DNA of 63,015 nt, counting the filler, from Choristocarpus tenellus KU-1152 (taxonomy: Eukaryota; Protista; Phaeophyceae): NCBI GenBank assembly GCA_964200185.2. It is 10 parts of 10 records of this genome, joined end to end, with 100 filler letters (N's around TTAATTAATTAA, not from the genome) between each part and the next. Parts side by side here need not be neighbours in the genome. Positions count along the whole stretch, not along the records: positions 46,000 to 52,401 come from CAXNAD020008210.1; positions 52,502 to 58,715 come from CAXNAD020008668.1; positions 58,816 to 63,015 come from CAXNAD020015731.1; 7 more parts are not named here. One strand, 5' to 3'. Of the stretch, positions 50,871 to 63,015 are shown piece by piece. Each line of letters begins with the position of its first letter. Position 1 is the first letter of the stretch. A program made the position numbers and the translations under genes. The notes beneath the pieces are model-generated. The model saw only the letters and a list, made by a program, of their open reading frames with translations, did no database searches and was not told the DNA's origin.

Positions 50871-53154
50871 TCAAGGTTTGGTACAAGAGAGCAAAAACTT
50901 CACTTTCACAACAGTAACAGGCAGAATTATTATATGCACAATTCACAACTGCTTCAAATTTCTCCAAGTCGTGATGTATCCAAGATAACATGGACACCTA
51001 GACCTTTAAGACACGCAACGACTACTGTTGTGCCATGCTCTTTGCAGCAATTGAAGAATAATAAAAACATTTTAAATGGTACATGATGCGAAGAGACGAG
51101 CTTTGTAATGGAGTCGTTTGTAGGGGTGACAGTGATTGCTTCAATTAAGCTAGTCAGTAACACCTGTGTCGCTCCTGTTGAAATGGGAAGGAGGAGAGGG
51201 TGAGGCGCTAGAAACAATAAACCACAAAATGCGAAGGTGACCACGGTGACTGTACTGATGTGCCAATTTGTTACTTCATTCAAACCCTTATTGTTTCTTG
51301 ATTTGTATTCTATACACTATATAGTTCACCCCAGGTAAGGAATGATGAATAGGTTGTCCCTCTATCTTATGATATGGTGACAGGTACGAAGGGAAGTATC
51401 TTGAAGCCAATGACGAGCAAAAGGAAGCATTTCAGAAGAGGCAACCAAAACTAACAGACAAGCGGTGGTACTACCAGGTTGAAATTCCGCTTTGTCAATT
51501 AATTGAAGCCCTCTCAACCTGTCTATATCTAGCACATATGTGTACAATTACAATAATTTAGCCATAGTATTGGCTACACATATCACCGTGTTCAGACATC
51601 AGCGTAGTATTTGCAAGAGATAGAGGGAACAGGGGAACGAGAAGCTAAATATTGCATTGAACAAAATAATATAGTCGATATCATAGCGATATAACTTCTG
51701 TTGACTAGACACAATTGTAGATAAATCTTCCCGACGCCTTCAATGCTGATGTGAACCTCAAGTGAATAGAAATAGAAATGAGGACAAAATACTCTGGAGA
51801 ACATATAGTTCATATGGATGATGATACATTGCTGTACTATTATCAAGTGAAATAAGAAGATTTTATGAGTTACTCACCCAGTAACATTAGTTCAAATTAA
51901 ATAATCGTGCCTGAGATCAAAATGTTACCTGCCTTCAGACTGCCTTATGGTGATGAGGCATAGTGAAGACCTTGCTTGGTCGGCTTTTTATATGTTGATT
52001 TGGTGCTATGCTCTTGCTGGTATGGATGGAGTACTACATGGAGTATGTTTTATTGACATATCATTCACACCACTCCTCTTGGATAAGAGAAACAAGAAAT
52101 GTAGTGCATTTACCAGCTAGGCTCCGAGCAAAAAAGCTGTCTGCTTCATCATATCCAAGCAGCAAACCCTTGCCCTTCTCTATCATTTGCTGAATGTAGC
52201 CAAGCCCCCCTCATAAGGCTGAATATACATGGCATGAAGGATGAACTACACGGGGAAGAAGGGAGGGGATAACCTTGCACCCCATTGTTGGTAGAGCAAT
52301 CTCCAATCTATCATCTTTGTTGGCTGAGCGCAAAGTTTTGTGAGGGTATAAAAGTTATGACTTACCATTTCGACTCCTATATGTTGGGTGTGTGCCCCCC
52401 CNNNNNNNNNNNNNNNNNNNNNNNNNNNNNNNNNNNNNNNNNNNNTTAATTAATTAANNNNNNNNNNNNNNNNNNNNNNNNNNNNNNNNNNNNNNNNNNN
52501 NATTGTTTTTTGGTTTTTGTTGGCCCGTTTCCCCGTGCCGGCGAACATCCCAGGTGGGGGCGCCGTCCCCCCCCCCCCCCCCCCACCAGATGCTTTGGGT
52601 CGGAAGGGAGGAGTAGTGCTGGTACAGGTGTAACCCTAACCCTAACCCTTATCAACGAGAAGACATAACTGTGTTTATTAGAACCTATCCTGCTCAATGT
52701 CGTTCTTGCTTTTCTTTTTTTATTAGGGTTAGGGTTAGGGTCGTATTCATGCTGCACACAGACCAGAGGAAGGCTATGCACAGAGCTATCTCAAACCTAG
52801 GAAGGCTACAGTGGCAGTACTGACTGCTACGGAGCGAAAATTCCACCCATTGCAGTAGTCTGTGTCGTGGACTAGCCTAAGTGTTAACAGTTCCAACTCG
52901 GTTTCAAGAGAGTGTGTTCCCAACCACAAGAAGATGCACAACAGACAGACTGCGGCAGGGTAGCAAGGTCTGTCAGTTGAAGTTGGTGCATCACAGTAGC
53001 CCCGTTGCGTTGTCCCCAAGTTGTCAATTGACTGCTAATGCTTCACCACAGGAAAGTGCAAAGTCTGCCTGGCTGTTTGACATTGTTCCAGACAAAACTC
53101 AACACTCAAAAAGAGAATGGGGGTCTAGTTGTAGTTTTTCTGTGTCTGCCTTGC

Positions 53155-56100
53155 CTGGTCAAGACCAACAAAGTCTCGCATGACCCTGGACATGATCACT
53201 GGGCCCTGTGCAGTGCCATCTTGTGAAGCCTTGTCCCCTCCTGTAAGTTTAGCTGTGAAGTGAAGTCGTGGTACCTGTAGGATGTGATGTGATTGTTGTA
53301 TGCACAGGCAGGCGTTGAAGGTGTACTGAGGAAGAGACCAACTGAAGAAAACCTTTCCAGCAAGGTTGGTATTCTCATGGTTAGATTTAATCCTGACCCT
53401 AACCCTAACCCTAACTTTGAACAGCGGAAGGACAGCATGCCACAACCCTAATAACCCTAACTCCTGATCCTAACCACTCAAGTTATGTACATTGAGAGTG
53501 CAGTCGTAACCCTAACCCCCAATCAGAACTGAAAAATAACTAATGCTGATGTTCACACACTCCCTCGATCCAGAAACCTTTGATACCTGGATACATAGGC
53601 ACTGCAAATATTTCACCACTGAAGCACCACTTGAGCAGTGAGCAAATGTTATGTATCACTTGATGTTCACACTGACTATATGCATTTGGGTTAGGGTTAT
53701 ATTGCGCACCTGCAGCCCTAATAGAGCCTCCAGTGGCGACTCCAATGGGAAGGAGTCCTGCATGAGGATGCCAAAGTCTGCTGTGACAAAGAGTGTCGTC
53801 ACCTTGGTCATCAACATCAACATCAACATCAACATCAACAATGACATTGGCATCAGCACATGGAATACGTGTGATACAAATAAGAGCAGGACAGTGACAC
53901 TCAAAGCGGGCTGAGGCTGCCACTACAGGACAGGTCACAGTTTTGTACTGTGTGCTCCAGTAGATAGAAAAGTTGAGAAAATAAATATGAAGTGCATATT
54001 ATAAAAAAAACTATTAGAGCTAACTGATCTCAACTATAAAAAAGTATTAGAGGTAACTGATCTTAACTTAAGTAGGTCGACTCCAGCTTGGTTTTGATTT
54101 CTTGCTCGAACCACAAAAACTCCTGAAAACATCTCGGGCTGGTTAAGTCAGGTGGATTGTTTGTGGCGCTCCATAGTGACATAGAATTGCTCCATAGCAA
54201 TAGGTATTGCTAGAGCCATGAAGCTACCGCTTAAAGCTTTGACTGGATGCCACTTCCACATTACTGTATTCTAACGTCTTCTTCTGTCCACCATGCTTAG
54301 AGCTATGATATGTGTGTGGGTGGTGTGCTCTCCATAGTAACCCCATAGTGTTGGACAAAGTAATTCCTGGGAACGGTATCGAAAAACCTCGGGACTATAC
54401 CCTAACCCTAACCCAATGAGATAATGAATGGCCTGCTATAAAAAACAATGCCAAAATCTGAAAGAAAAATATTCCCACAAAACAATTGCCTCAATATTGC
54501 GGTTTTTGATAATTATTCTGTCTGTCTACCTGAATGTTCTCACTCGGTTTGGTCGTATTAGGGTTAGGGTTTATCACACGGGATCGATCACAAGGCTAAC
54601 CAACCCTAACCCTAATAGAGTAGAATAGACTGGACTAGACTGGAATAGAGTAGAATAGAGTGAGCTGTCCAGGGTAATGGGAGCACATTGTAAAGACCAG
54701 ATTTTCCAAGGTCCTTCATATCATAATGGTGAATATTCTGCTTGACTGCTGGATGGGGATAATTCCAATATCTTTTGTGGAATCCTATACAACCAGGGAC
54801 TACACAAACTCCGTCCACTCTTACCCTACAACCCTAACCCTAACCCTATCCCTATCCTTAACCCTAACCCTCCAGATCTGCAGCCTGAGAGGCCGAGGTA
54901 GTCAACATGGGAGAATGCGATCATTGCAAAAATTGCTGCTCTGGTTGTGTTTTGCCCCAAGTGGTTACTAAGAAGCACCCTCCCCCCCAAAATTTTAGGG
55001 TTTACGTTGCTTGCCATTAGTCCTTCCTCTAACAACAGAATAATAACAAGAATGACTTTGGCACTCAGAAATATCATGAATCCAAAGCATGTACTGTTCA
55101 TAGCGATCATCTTGTCAAACATGCAGGAGGAGGTGGTTGGCACTGCTCAAGGAGGAGACTTCATTCCCCACTGCATATGTATGATAAGGGTAAGGGTATA
55201 TGGTATTTGCTCTTATATCGTTGGGAACTTGTAATTATTGTAATTATTGTAATTATTGCTGTCATGGGTACTTGTAATTTCGAAAAGATTACCGTATTGT
55301 ATGCCTCTGCAAAAAATTGGCATGTGAATGGCATTCAACATCCCTAGTATAGCAGTCTGCCAGTCAGATGCAGGGCATGACGATGGTTGTTTGTGCCCTC
55401 AATGTCGACTAGTAAACCCTTTGCACACAAATATACACATGTGGGACTCACACATGCTGAATGCTGAAAAAGATGGATTGTAGATCCAGTCGGCTGTTCA
55501 ATTATGGGCAAATGCTCATGTCTGAGCTGTTCAGGGACATGCGATACATTAGACTGCAGTACATGTGATAAGACCACTTTCTACCTTATTTTTGGCGTAA
55601 ACACTAGAAAAACCAATGTTTTCGTGGTACTGTGGTCTATATACATCATAGTATCATAGTCCATACAAGTATCGTTTCGTTGGTATTTCGATACTGATGG
55701 TCCGAATATAGAGCCAGTTCGAAAAAAAAACGCAGTTGGCATACCCCAACAGTAGTCAGTCAGCAGAAGCATATGGTGCCAAATTTTAATCACCTCTGCT
55801 TCGCATGAACCAGAGTCTTCAAACTTAACACCGCATGCCCTCACAGCACTGGACTCTTCTGGTTTTGAAGCAGGTGAAGAGCTGTTGCCTTTCTTGTCTT
55901 GACCGCCCTTGGCTTTGCTTGCTGAGGTGTGTTGACTCTTGCTCTCGCCATCCTTTTCCTCATCATCTCCCTGAGGGGGTATATTAAAAAAAAAAGGAAA
56001 GGGTCCAAGAGGTACCCAGTTTTGGCCGTTTTGCACTAGAGACAGTTTTTCAATCTTCAGCAATTCACACATATTTTCTATGGATGAAGTGCTAAGTTTG

Positions 56101-57136
56101 ACTTGGGAGGGTTGATTTCTCTACTGTTCGAATTTTTTTGACACAATTCAGAAAACATCCTACACACATTGATACAAAAAAAAGTCGAATTTTGCATATA
56201 TTTGCGGGCATCCAAAAAATGCAACTCTGCATAGTACCTCTCGTTTACTTTGACTCAAGATGCATATAGTCCCATTGGATAGGACACCATAATGAACACT
56301 CTTACGTGTTGACAGTTATATTTCGACTCTTATGTCTTGACTGTTATATGTATCATGACTGTGCTTGTGTTGGTGGTGCTTGCCTGAATCTGATTGGTGC
56401 TCCCCCGACTTGTTCCCCCTCGCACTCTCTGTGCCTCCACTGCCAGTAGCCTGGGCTCCTGCACAAAACAAAAAAATATAATTTTATCTTCTTTTTATCT
56501 TCTTTTTATCTTTGAAATCTCTGCAACAATAGCAACAATAGCAACACTAGGACAATCAACCACGCACTCGACTGATAGTGCATACCAAGATGAATAGTTC
56601 TGTTTTGGTGTACTTTTTTATGGGACAGGGGACAGGGGACACCGGAAGCCAAATACCTCTTGTTGACTGAATTGAGACATATGGGTATAGATACACAGTA
56701 CACAGGCTGTTCTGTTGGTCTAAACATTGGTTTTCGTGCTGTATATCACGCCTCTCGTTCTTTGGTGAACACAACTAACCTCACACGAAGACAGACGCAC
56801 GTATACTCTTACACACACACATATACTCTTACACACACACATACACTCTTACACACACATATACTCTTAAAAACACACATATACTCTTAAACACACACAT
56901 ACACTCTTACACACACATATACTCTTAAACACACACATAACTCTTACACACACATATACTCTTACGCACACACGAAAAAATTCTCACACCTAGATCCCAT
57001 CCTCCAATCTCACCTCCGGGTCCCAGTAATGGTTTGTGGGACATCTCCCCATTGGTGAGTAGTCATAGCTGATGACCACATCTCTATCGGCATCGTAGAC
57101 ATGTAACTGACTGTCAGGAACTCGGATCTTGAGTGC
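53155..57136 (-). CDS. IFT140: Intraflagellar transport protein 140, five internal exons (57136-57014, 56458-56384, 55970-55794, 53802-53710, 53274-53155)
   Basis: All exons are phase 0 and splice to ALKIRVPDSQLHVYDADRDVVISYDY..PTNHYWDPE-EPRLLAVEA..-..EAE-VTTLFVTADFGILMQDSFPL..LLGLQ-VPRLHF..SRVMRDFVGLDQ. This matches the IFT140 motifs HFWD..EPRL..EA, LLG..VP and RDFVGL. Confidence 0.9.
56800..56972 (+). repeat. Intronic minisatellite, ~18-20-bp unit (ACACACATATACTCTT)
   Basis: About nine tandem units visible. Confidence 0.9.
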
Positions 57137-57429
57137 CTGTGTAGCATTTCAACAGGTGATACTTTGAAGAGCATGTGACACACCTGCACCTGCTTCCAAC
57201 ATTTTTCTCTGATGCATCAACCTTTTGGGGTGTTCTACAGGTACCAAGACACCAAGACACCAAGACACACTCTTCTTGTGTTGTGTTGTTTCACGTTTTT
57301 TTCTTTTTTCTTCTCCATCAGTCTCAAAATGTCAAAAATATATGTTGCAATTATTCCTGTTTGGTACTTCAGGACTACAACACCTGCTGTATAGAAAAGA
57401 AGACCAAGACCTTAAATACCCTGTAGAAA

Positions 57430-57750
57430 ATTTCAAAAATACAAGAGTTAAGTCACTAAATACAAAAGTTTAGTCATCAAATACAAAAGTTAGTCATCAA
57501 ATACAAAAGTTTAGTCATCAAATACAAAAGTTTATTCACTAAATGCCAAAGTTTAGTCATCAAATACAAAAGTTTAGTCACAAGTTGAAGCGTGCAAGGC
57601 TTCTCAAAAGTCTGAATGCTTGAGTGTAGGAGACACCAATGAGGACTTCGACCAACTCAGTGAAGTACATCTCTGAGCAAAAGACCAACCTTGGAGTCAC
57701 AACATAGAGGTCAACTAGAGGTCAACTAGAGGTCAACTAGAGGTCAACAA
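57430..57750 (+). repeat. Minisatellites (AAATACAAAAGTTTAGTCATC)~x6-7 and (AGAGGTCAACT)x4
   Basis: Visible directly in the sequence. Confidence 0.9.
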
Positions 57751-59214
57751 CTAGGGCTGCTGCACTTTTTCATGTTCCGGAGTCAGGTATGGCCAGCCCC
57801 ATGTGAATGTAGTGAGGAGTGTTATCATCAAGTTTGCACACGTAAGAAGGTAGTCTAACGACAAATGCAAATCATATAACTACTTTATCTTCATCGATTC
57901 TCGTGTAACAGAGTTTTAAGAAGTGGAGGTTTGACACCTGTCACTTACTAATTAATGCAATGGACAAGGAGCACGAAAAGATCTCTCGTGTGTGTGGATC
58001 TTTCCAGAGTAACTCAAATAAAAGGCGTGCGGCTCTTCATTTCTCTAATCTTCATTTGTCTAATCTCGCATGCCATACCCTCTGTGTACATATTGATACC
58101 TTTTTCCCTGTGCTGGATAAGAAGGGACCGGTTGCGATTGATCATTCCTATTCAGTTCAGAAGAGCATAGAAAGCTCCAACGCTCTGGAGCGATCATTCC
58201 TCACTCCAGAGCGCTTGTCACTGGTTGGGAATATTTCTTTGAGCTCTTTGGATCCTACTCGATCATCTATTGCATCACAAACCATGTACCCTGCTCTGTG
58301 TACAGCAACAAACTCTTCACTATTTCTGTTGTTTTCCTTCCCTAACCCTTGTTCAACGCACGTTCTACGTTCTATCTTGGGACGGTTTCCTGATTTTGTA
58401 CCCTAACCCTAACCTCGCTGAAAATAATATTATGTAAGCTGCAGAAAATTTGCACTCCTTCAATGGCTAATGCCCTCTGAAGAACAGCCCTGTTAGGATG
58501 CCGCTCTCTCCTCTCTCACCTCATCTTCTGAAAGATCCAAGCTGGGCACAGGCAAGGATTGTGAGGGATAGGTTGCTACCAGCTCTTTTCTAACCAGCAC
58601 TACCCTAGCCCTCAGATATTTACTATAGTAGGCTCAAAGTATCTGGGGGGGGGGGGGGGGGCGGGTGTACATTTGGGGTCACTTTTTTAATGTTGCGTTT
58701 TTTGGGGGTTTTGGTNNNNNNNNNNNNNNNNNNNNNNNNNNNNNNNNNNNNNNNNNNNNTTAATTAATTAANNNNNNNNNNNNNNNNNNNNNNNNNNNNN
58801 NNNNNNNNNNNNNNNTTTATCAGGAAAAAAAAAAAAAAAAAACTCTTTCGGTTTTCTCACAACCTTTTTTTTTTTTTTTTTTCTATTGAATGAAGCCTTT
58901 GGTGCAGCTGGACAAGGTCAGGATTCTTTTTTTTTGTTATTGAATGGTGGAATGGAAAGGTGTGTTTTTTTGTCATTGAATGGTGGAATGGAAAGAAGGT
59001 GTATTTTTTTTTTTGAATGGTGGAATTGAAAGGTGTAGATCTCTTTTTTTTTTTGTTCTGATAGAGGTGCGTGAGTGGGTATATGTTACCTCTCGAAGGG
59101 GTCGCAGAGTGAGGTATTGAGGTGAGAACAAATCGTCAGTAGATTATTAGGGTTGGGGTGTGCTTGGAGGCGGAGGTTTCAGTATTGGGGCTTTGAATAA
59201 TGTGTATTTATAAA

Positions 59215-59257
<43 letters not shown>

Positions 59258-59819
59258 ATGTTGAGTCCTATATAGTTTTGTTGGGGATGCCTCGAACAGA
59301 TTTGTGAGGGGTTGTTTCAAGGAGGGGCAGACTCCAGCAACAACCTGCCTATATGGATAATGTATAAATAAATATATATATATGGATAATGTATATATAT
59401 TAGAAAAGAGATGTGTTTGTAGTCTGAAAAATGTTACTGTTCTTGTACCAGTCCCTCAATGCTGTGTGCTATGTGAGCATGTAAGGATGCAGTCACAAAG
59501 TTGCTACTCAAATACTCAACGGGGTGCATGAGACTTACTTGGAATGAAAAGGTTTTATCAGGCGTTTTTGATGTTTTTGTTTTATGTATGAAAAAGAACA
59601 CTCTGCTGTATGCTACTATTAGTATACTTTGATGTGATTTGTGCCCTAGGTTAAGAACTATTTGTATGTATATATGTATCTTAATATGGAGTTGTCTGTA
59701 GTATCCTCTTCCGGTGAGTGTTTCTTGTGAGTCAGGATGCCCTATTCCTAGTCATGAAGTCATTACTGCTGTTGACTAAAATACTCCAGTCCAACAATCT
59801 TTCCCTTGGTTCTGTATCA

Positions 59820-60368
59820 TATATTAATAACAATAGTAATAGTAATAGTAATAGTAATTGTAGGACCAATATGTGTAACATAACAGTGATAGAGATAGTG
59901 ATAATGATACTGATAATTGTAATATTGATATTAATAGAATGATACTGTAGTACTATTACGTGTAGCATTATAGTGATATTGATAATGATATTATTGATAA
60001 TATTAATAGTAATAATAATGATACTGTGGTACCAATATGTGTAACATAAAAGTGATAGTGATAGTGATAGTGATCATGACATTGATATTTATATTGATAA
60101 TAATAATATTTAGAGTAATAGTAATGATACGGTAGTACCAATATGTGTAACATAGTGTTAGTGATGATGATATTGACAATAATATTAATAGTAATAGTAA
60201 TGATACCATAGTTCTAATATGTGTAACATGATAGTGACAGTGATAGTGATATTGATAATATAATAATAATGATGATAACAGCACCGATAAATTATAATGA
60301 TGAAAATGATGACGATATTAATAATATAATTAATATTATTATTAATAATAATGATGATGATGATGATG
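59820..60368 (+). repeat. AT-rich compound satellite: recurring ACCAATATGTGTAACAT core separated by (ATAGTG)/(TAA)/(GAT) microsatellite tracts
   Basis: The core occurs at ~59865, 59950 (diverged), 60032, 60137 and 60212. Confidence 0.85.
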
Positions 60369-60377
60369 GAGGAACAG

Positions 60378-62128
60378 GTTTGGCGAGGCATGCGGGTCGG
60401 ACCGGATGGCGTGCCTGTGTCGAGTTCAGGGTATATCTTAAAGCGTATGCTCTTGGAAAAAGGGGAACACGTCCTACAAGCCGGTCTTAGGTAGGTTTAG
60501 GGTTGGGGTTGGGGTTGGGGTTGGGGACTTAGAAAAATATCAGTATCGACTTACAAGTTTTATCTTTTTTTCTCAGATATATATTTTTTCCGCTCTGGAT
60601 TGAAATTTTTATTATTAATATTATTGTTGGTGATAATATGTGGGTTGATAGCTTGGTTCATGATAGGTGGTGTCCGACCACCCCTAACTCAGTGAAGTCA
60701 AGTAGCGAGGAGCTTTGCTTCACTTGCTTTTTGCCCCAAAATATCGTGCTCTGGTGGCACGGTTGGACCATTACAGTACTGTCATGCAACACACACATCT
60801 CTCTCGACGTGCTTCTTTTTGTGCACTAACTTCTTCTCCTTCTCTGGTTATACACTTGTACAGTTACAGTACACACCATGGGATGTGATTCCCATGCAAC
60901 ACACATAGCCCACCCCCTAGAATGTGCGTAGTACTTGTATTAATACTGTTCATACTATTCATACTATTCATACTATTCATACTATTCCCATATTATAAAC
61001 GCAGTCACACGACAATCACGTGATAATAATTAAAATTGTATACGGTAATAATTAAAATTGTATACCGTGTAGACGACTCATCAATTCCCCTTCCTCTCCT
61101 TCCCCCCCTACCCCCTACCCCAACGGCTACCTGATTATTTAATTTAAAAAAAAAACTGTGATGCAGAGAAGTGCACTTTGGGGAGATGCTACAGTTGCGA
61201 GATGCGAACCTCCTTGTAGCCCGATATGTTGAGCACTTCTACCTCTTTGGCCACCATGGAGCTGGCTACTTCTCTCCCTCTGGAGGAAGGGGGGGTGGAT
61301 GGGAAGAGGGGTCCATCGTCCCGGTAATTTTGTGTCTATGTGTGTTGTGTGTTGCATGTTGTGTGTTGTGTGTGTGTTGTGTTTGTTGTATGTTGCGTGT
61401 TATGTGTTGTGTGTGTGTGTGTGTGTGTGTGTCACCATAGGAAATAATCCATACGTACAGGCTCCATTGAAAAGAGGTTATACGTGTCTTTTTTCTTTTT
61501 CTTTTTTTTTCCTGTTGTTTTGCTTTTGCATTTCTGGATTTTTCTATTTTCTATTTTTACCATATATATATGTATATATAATATATGTATATATATATTT
61601 TTCCTCGTTTTGTTTAAAAAACATATTTTTTATTTTTGGCTGCGGGTTTTGAGCATCATTGCACCATGCATTGAACTACCTGTGGATAAAATGAAATCAA
61701 TCAATTGGAACACTCTTGGTGTTCAAGTTCAAAGCTGCAGGGGTTTGAATTTTTGTTTGTGTGGGTAGGGATTAGGGGTTTCAATGATATCACAAGGCTA
61801 TCATTTGTACTGAAGTTTGAGGGTTAGGGCTCACATGCATACATGAGAGAGAGTGTCAAGTTTTGAGTTTCAAAATAAAAAATGAATGTTGGTAAGGATA
61901 GTTTACTTTCCGGAAAACTGAATGCGCTCACAAACGTCTGTACCCCCCCCCCCCCCACTGTTTCCCAGCTTTATCTTCCCCCCTCCTTCCCTAACCTTGA
62001 CCACGGCTACGTTCTCCCTGTTTTCATTTTGGGTGGGTGGGCGATGGCGGTGTGTTGTGCACGTGTTGTGTGTTGTGTGTTGTGTGTTGTGTGTTGTGTG
62101 TTGTGTGTTGTGTGTTGTGTGTTGTGTG

Positions 62129-62162
<34 letters not shown>

Positions 62163-63015
62163 CGCAGACTGAAATGTGGCTGGTTTTCCGAGATGAAGGC
62201 GTGTCTCTTCGGCACTATCTCTACACAGAGCGGGAGGCAAATGGTTTTGTGTTGCATGGTCAAAGCGACTTCTGGAGGCAGATGCGACTGGATCCGGAAG
62301 GACCACAGGTAAAAAAAAAAAAATGGTAAAAAATTCTCGATTGAAAGAAACAAGATATAAAAAGGACTGAATCTTTCTCTCTTATTTTTTTGGCCTACTG
62401 AGACCGCGAGAAGAACTGCGAGAATTGGTGTTATATATAGGGTTTCAGTTTGAAAAAAAAAAGATGAAAAATTTGAGATTTTATTTTTTATTTTTTATTT
62501 TTTGGTATGTAGAGTTTGTAATTTAAAAAAAAATCTCTTTGCTATAGTAAAATTCTAAGTCCAAAATTCAAAATTCGAAATTCAAAATTCGAAATTCAAA
62601 CCGCAGCAAGAAGAGGTTAATTAATTACTACATTTGCTATACAGAGGTTAAGCGGCTCCATAAAATCTCATCTGCTCCGTCATCGGGATCACCCACTCAT
62701 TACCCCCCCCCTTTTCCCCCTTCCCCCCATCCTCTCAACCCTCCAATTCTCTCGTGGTTTATTGATCTGAATGGAAGGTGATGAAAGCCATCCTGCGACA
62801 GCTTCTTGAAGGCACTCGTGATCTCCACGCGCTGGGCATCCTTCACCGTGACCTCAAGCCTTCGAACCTCATTGTGTCTCTCTCCGGAAGCTCAGAAGGG
62901 ATGCCTAGTGGTAGGGAAGGCGTTGATGATGCTGGTGCCAGCAGGGAAGAGGATCTGGGGTCCCAGCGTGTTCGGCAACGGAGGGGTCGCAAGCCTCACG
63001 CACAACAGCAGCAGC
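60378..63015 (+). CDS. Ser/Thr protein kinase, partial (exons 60378-60490, 61167-61323, 62168-62308, 62778->63015), resembling the kinase domain of plant PP2C51/At3g63330-type proteins
   Basis: Phase-consistent splice VWRG..YILKRMLLEKGEHVLQAGLR-EVHFGEML..VARYVEHF..-EMWLVFRDEGVSLRHYLYT..SDFWRQMR..-VMKAILRQLLEG..LHRDLKPSNL. Confidence 0.87.

Larger units (their letters stand above)
46226..52330 (-). pseudogene. Possible decayed multi-exon gene of unknown family
   Basis: Short AG/GT(GC)-bounded segments, several with stops: NKDDRLEIALPTMGCK-QMIEKGKGLLLGYDEADSFLLGA*, EKIWYIFRWYETEYVRRLQYSK, DDIFQFTCGWTEQSEKIPATDDL.., RISPAAFRIPSLRRKIQYETIELNVAVPWR. Confidence 0.3.

Noticed and set aside
11020-58815. 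Recurring TTAATTAATTAA as a biological site (e.g. piggyBac target), or a gene cluster spanning the window
   Set aside because: It always sits at the centre of identical N blocks, so it is an assembly linker. Cross-contig gene neighbourhoods are not evidence of anything.
59718-60391. Hydrophobic Ile/Leu/Tyr-rich ORFs (also the Cys/Val ORFs at 61299-62353 and the His/Thr ORFs at 1480-1793)
   Set aside because: These are translations of micro- and minisatellites.

Overview
This is intron-rich, repeat-dense eukaryotic DNA, most likely from a brown alga or close ochrophyte (inferred from gene style, TE families and scattered TTAGGG repeats). It is not one continuous locus. Ten contigs are joined by nine identical ~100-bp N..TTAATTAATTAA..N linkers, so adjacency across linkers carries no biological meaning. 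Host genes reconstructed by hand-splicing: the 5' exons of a CCDC6-like gene, an orphan charged helical gene, a single-ORF A/B-type cyclin, the last exon of NAA35/MAK10, five middle exons of IFT140, and four exons of a Ser/Thr kinase resembling the plant PP2C51/At3g63330 kinase domain. Much of the remainder is TE-derived: a 7-exon decayed Sola-type DDD transposase, three MITE families sharing a G-R-N-Y-S-AAAGTA terminus with 3-4-bp TSDs, and a three-copy ~1-kb element with a variable array of hairpin-forming ~56-bp units (Helitron/Helentron-like ends). There are also stacked 3' ends of an RLE (CRE-like) non-LTR retrotransposon, an RTE-like LINE, a plant-mariner-type element, pogo and IS630-like fragments, and LTR remnants. 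All identifications are by eye from motifs; no database search was run.
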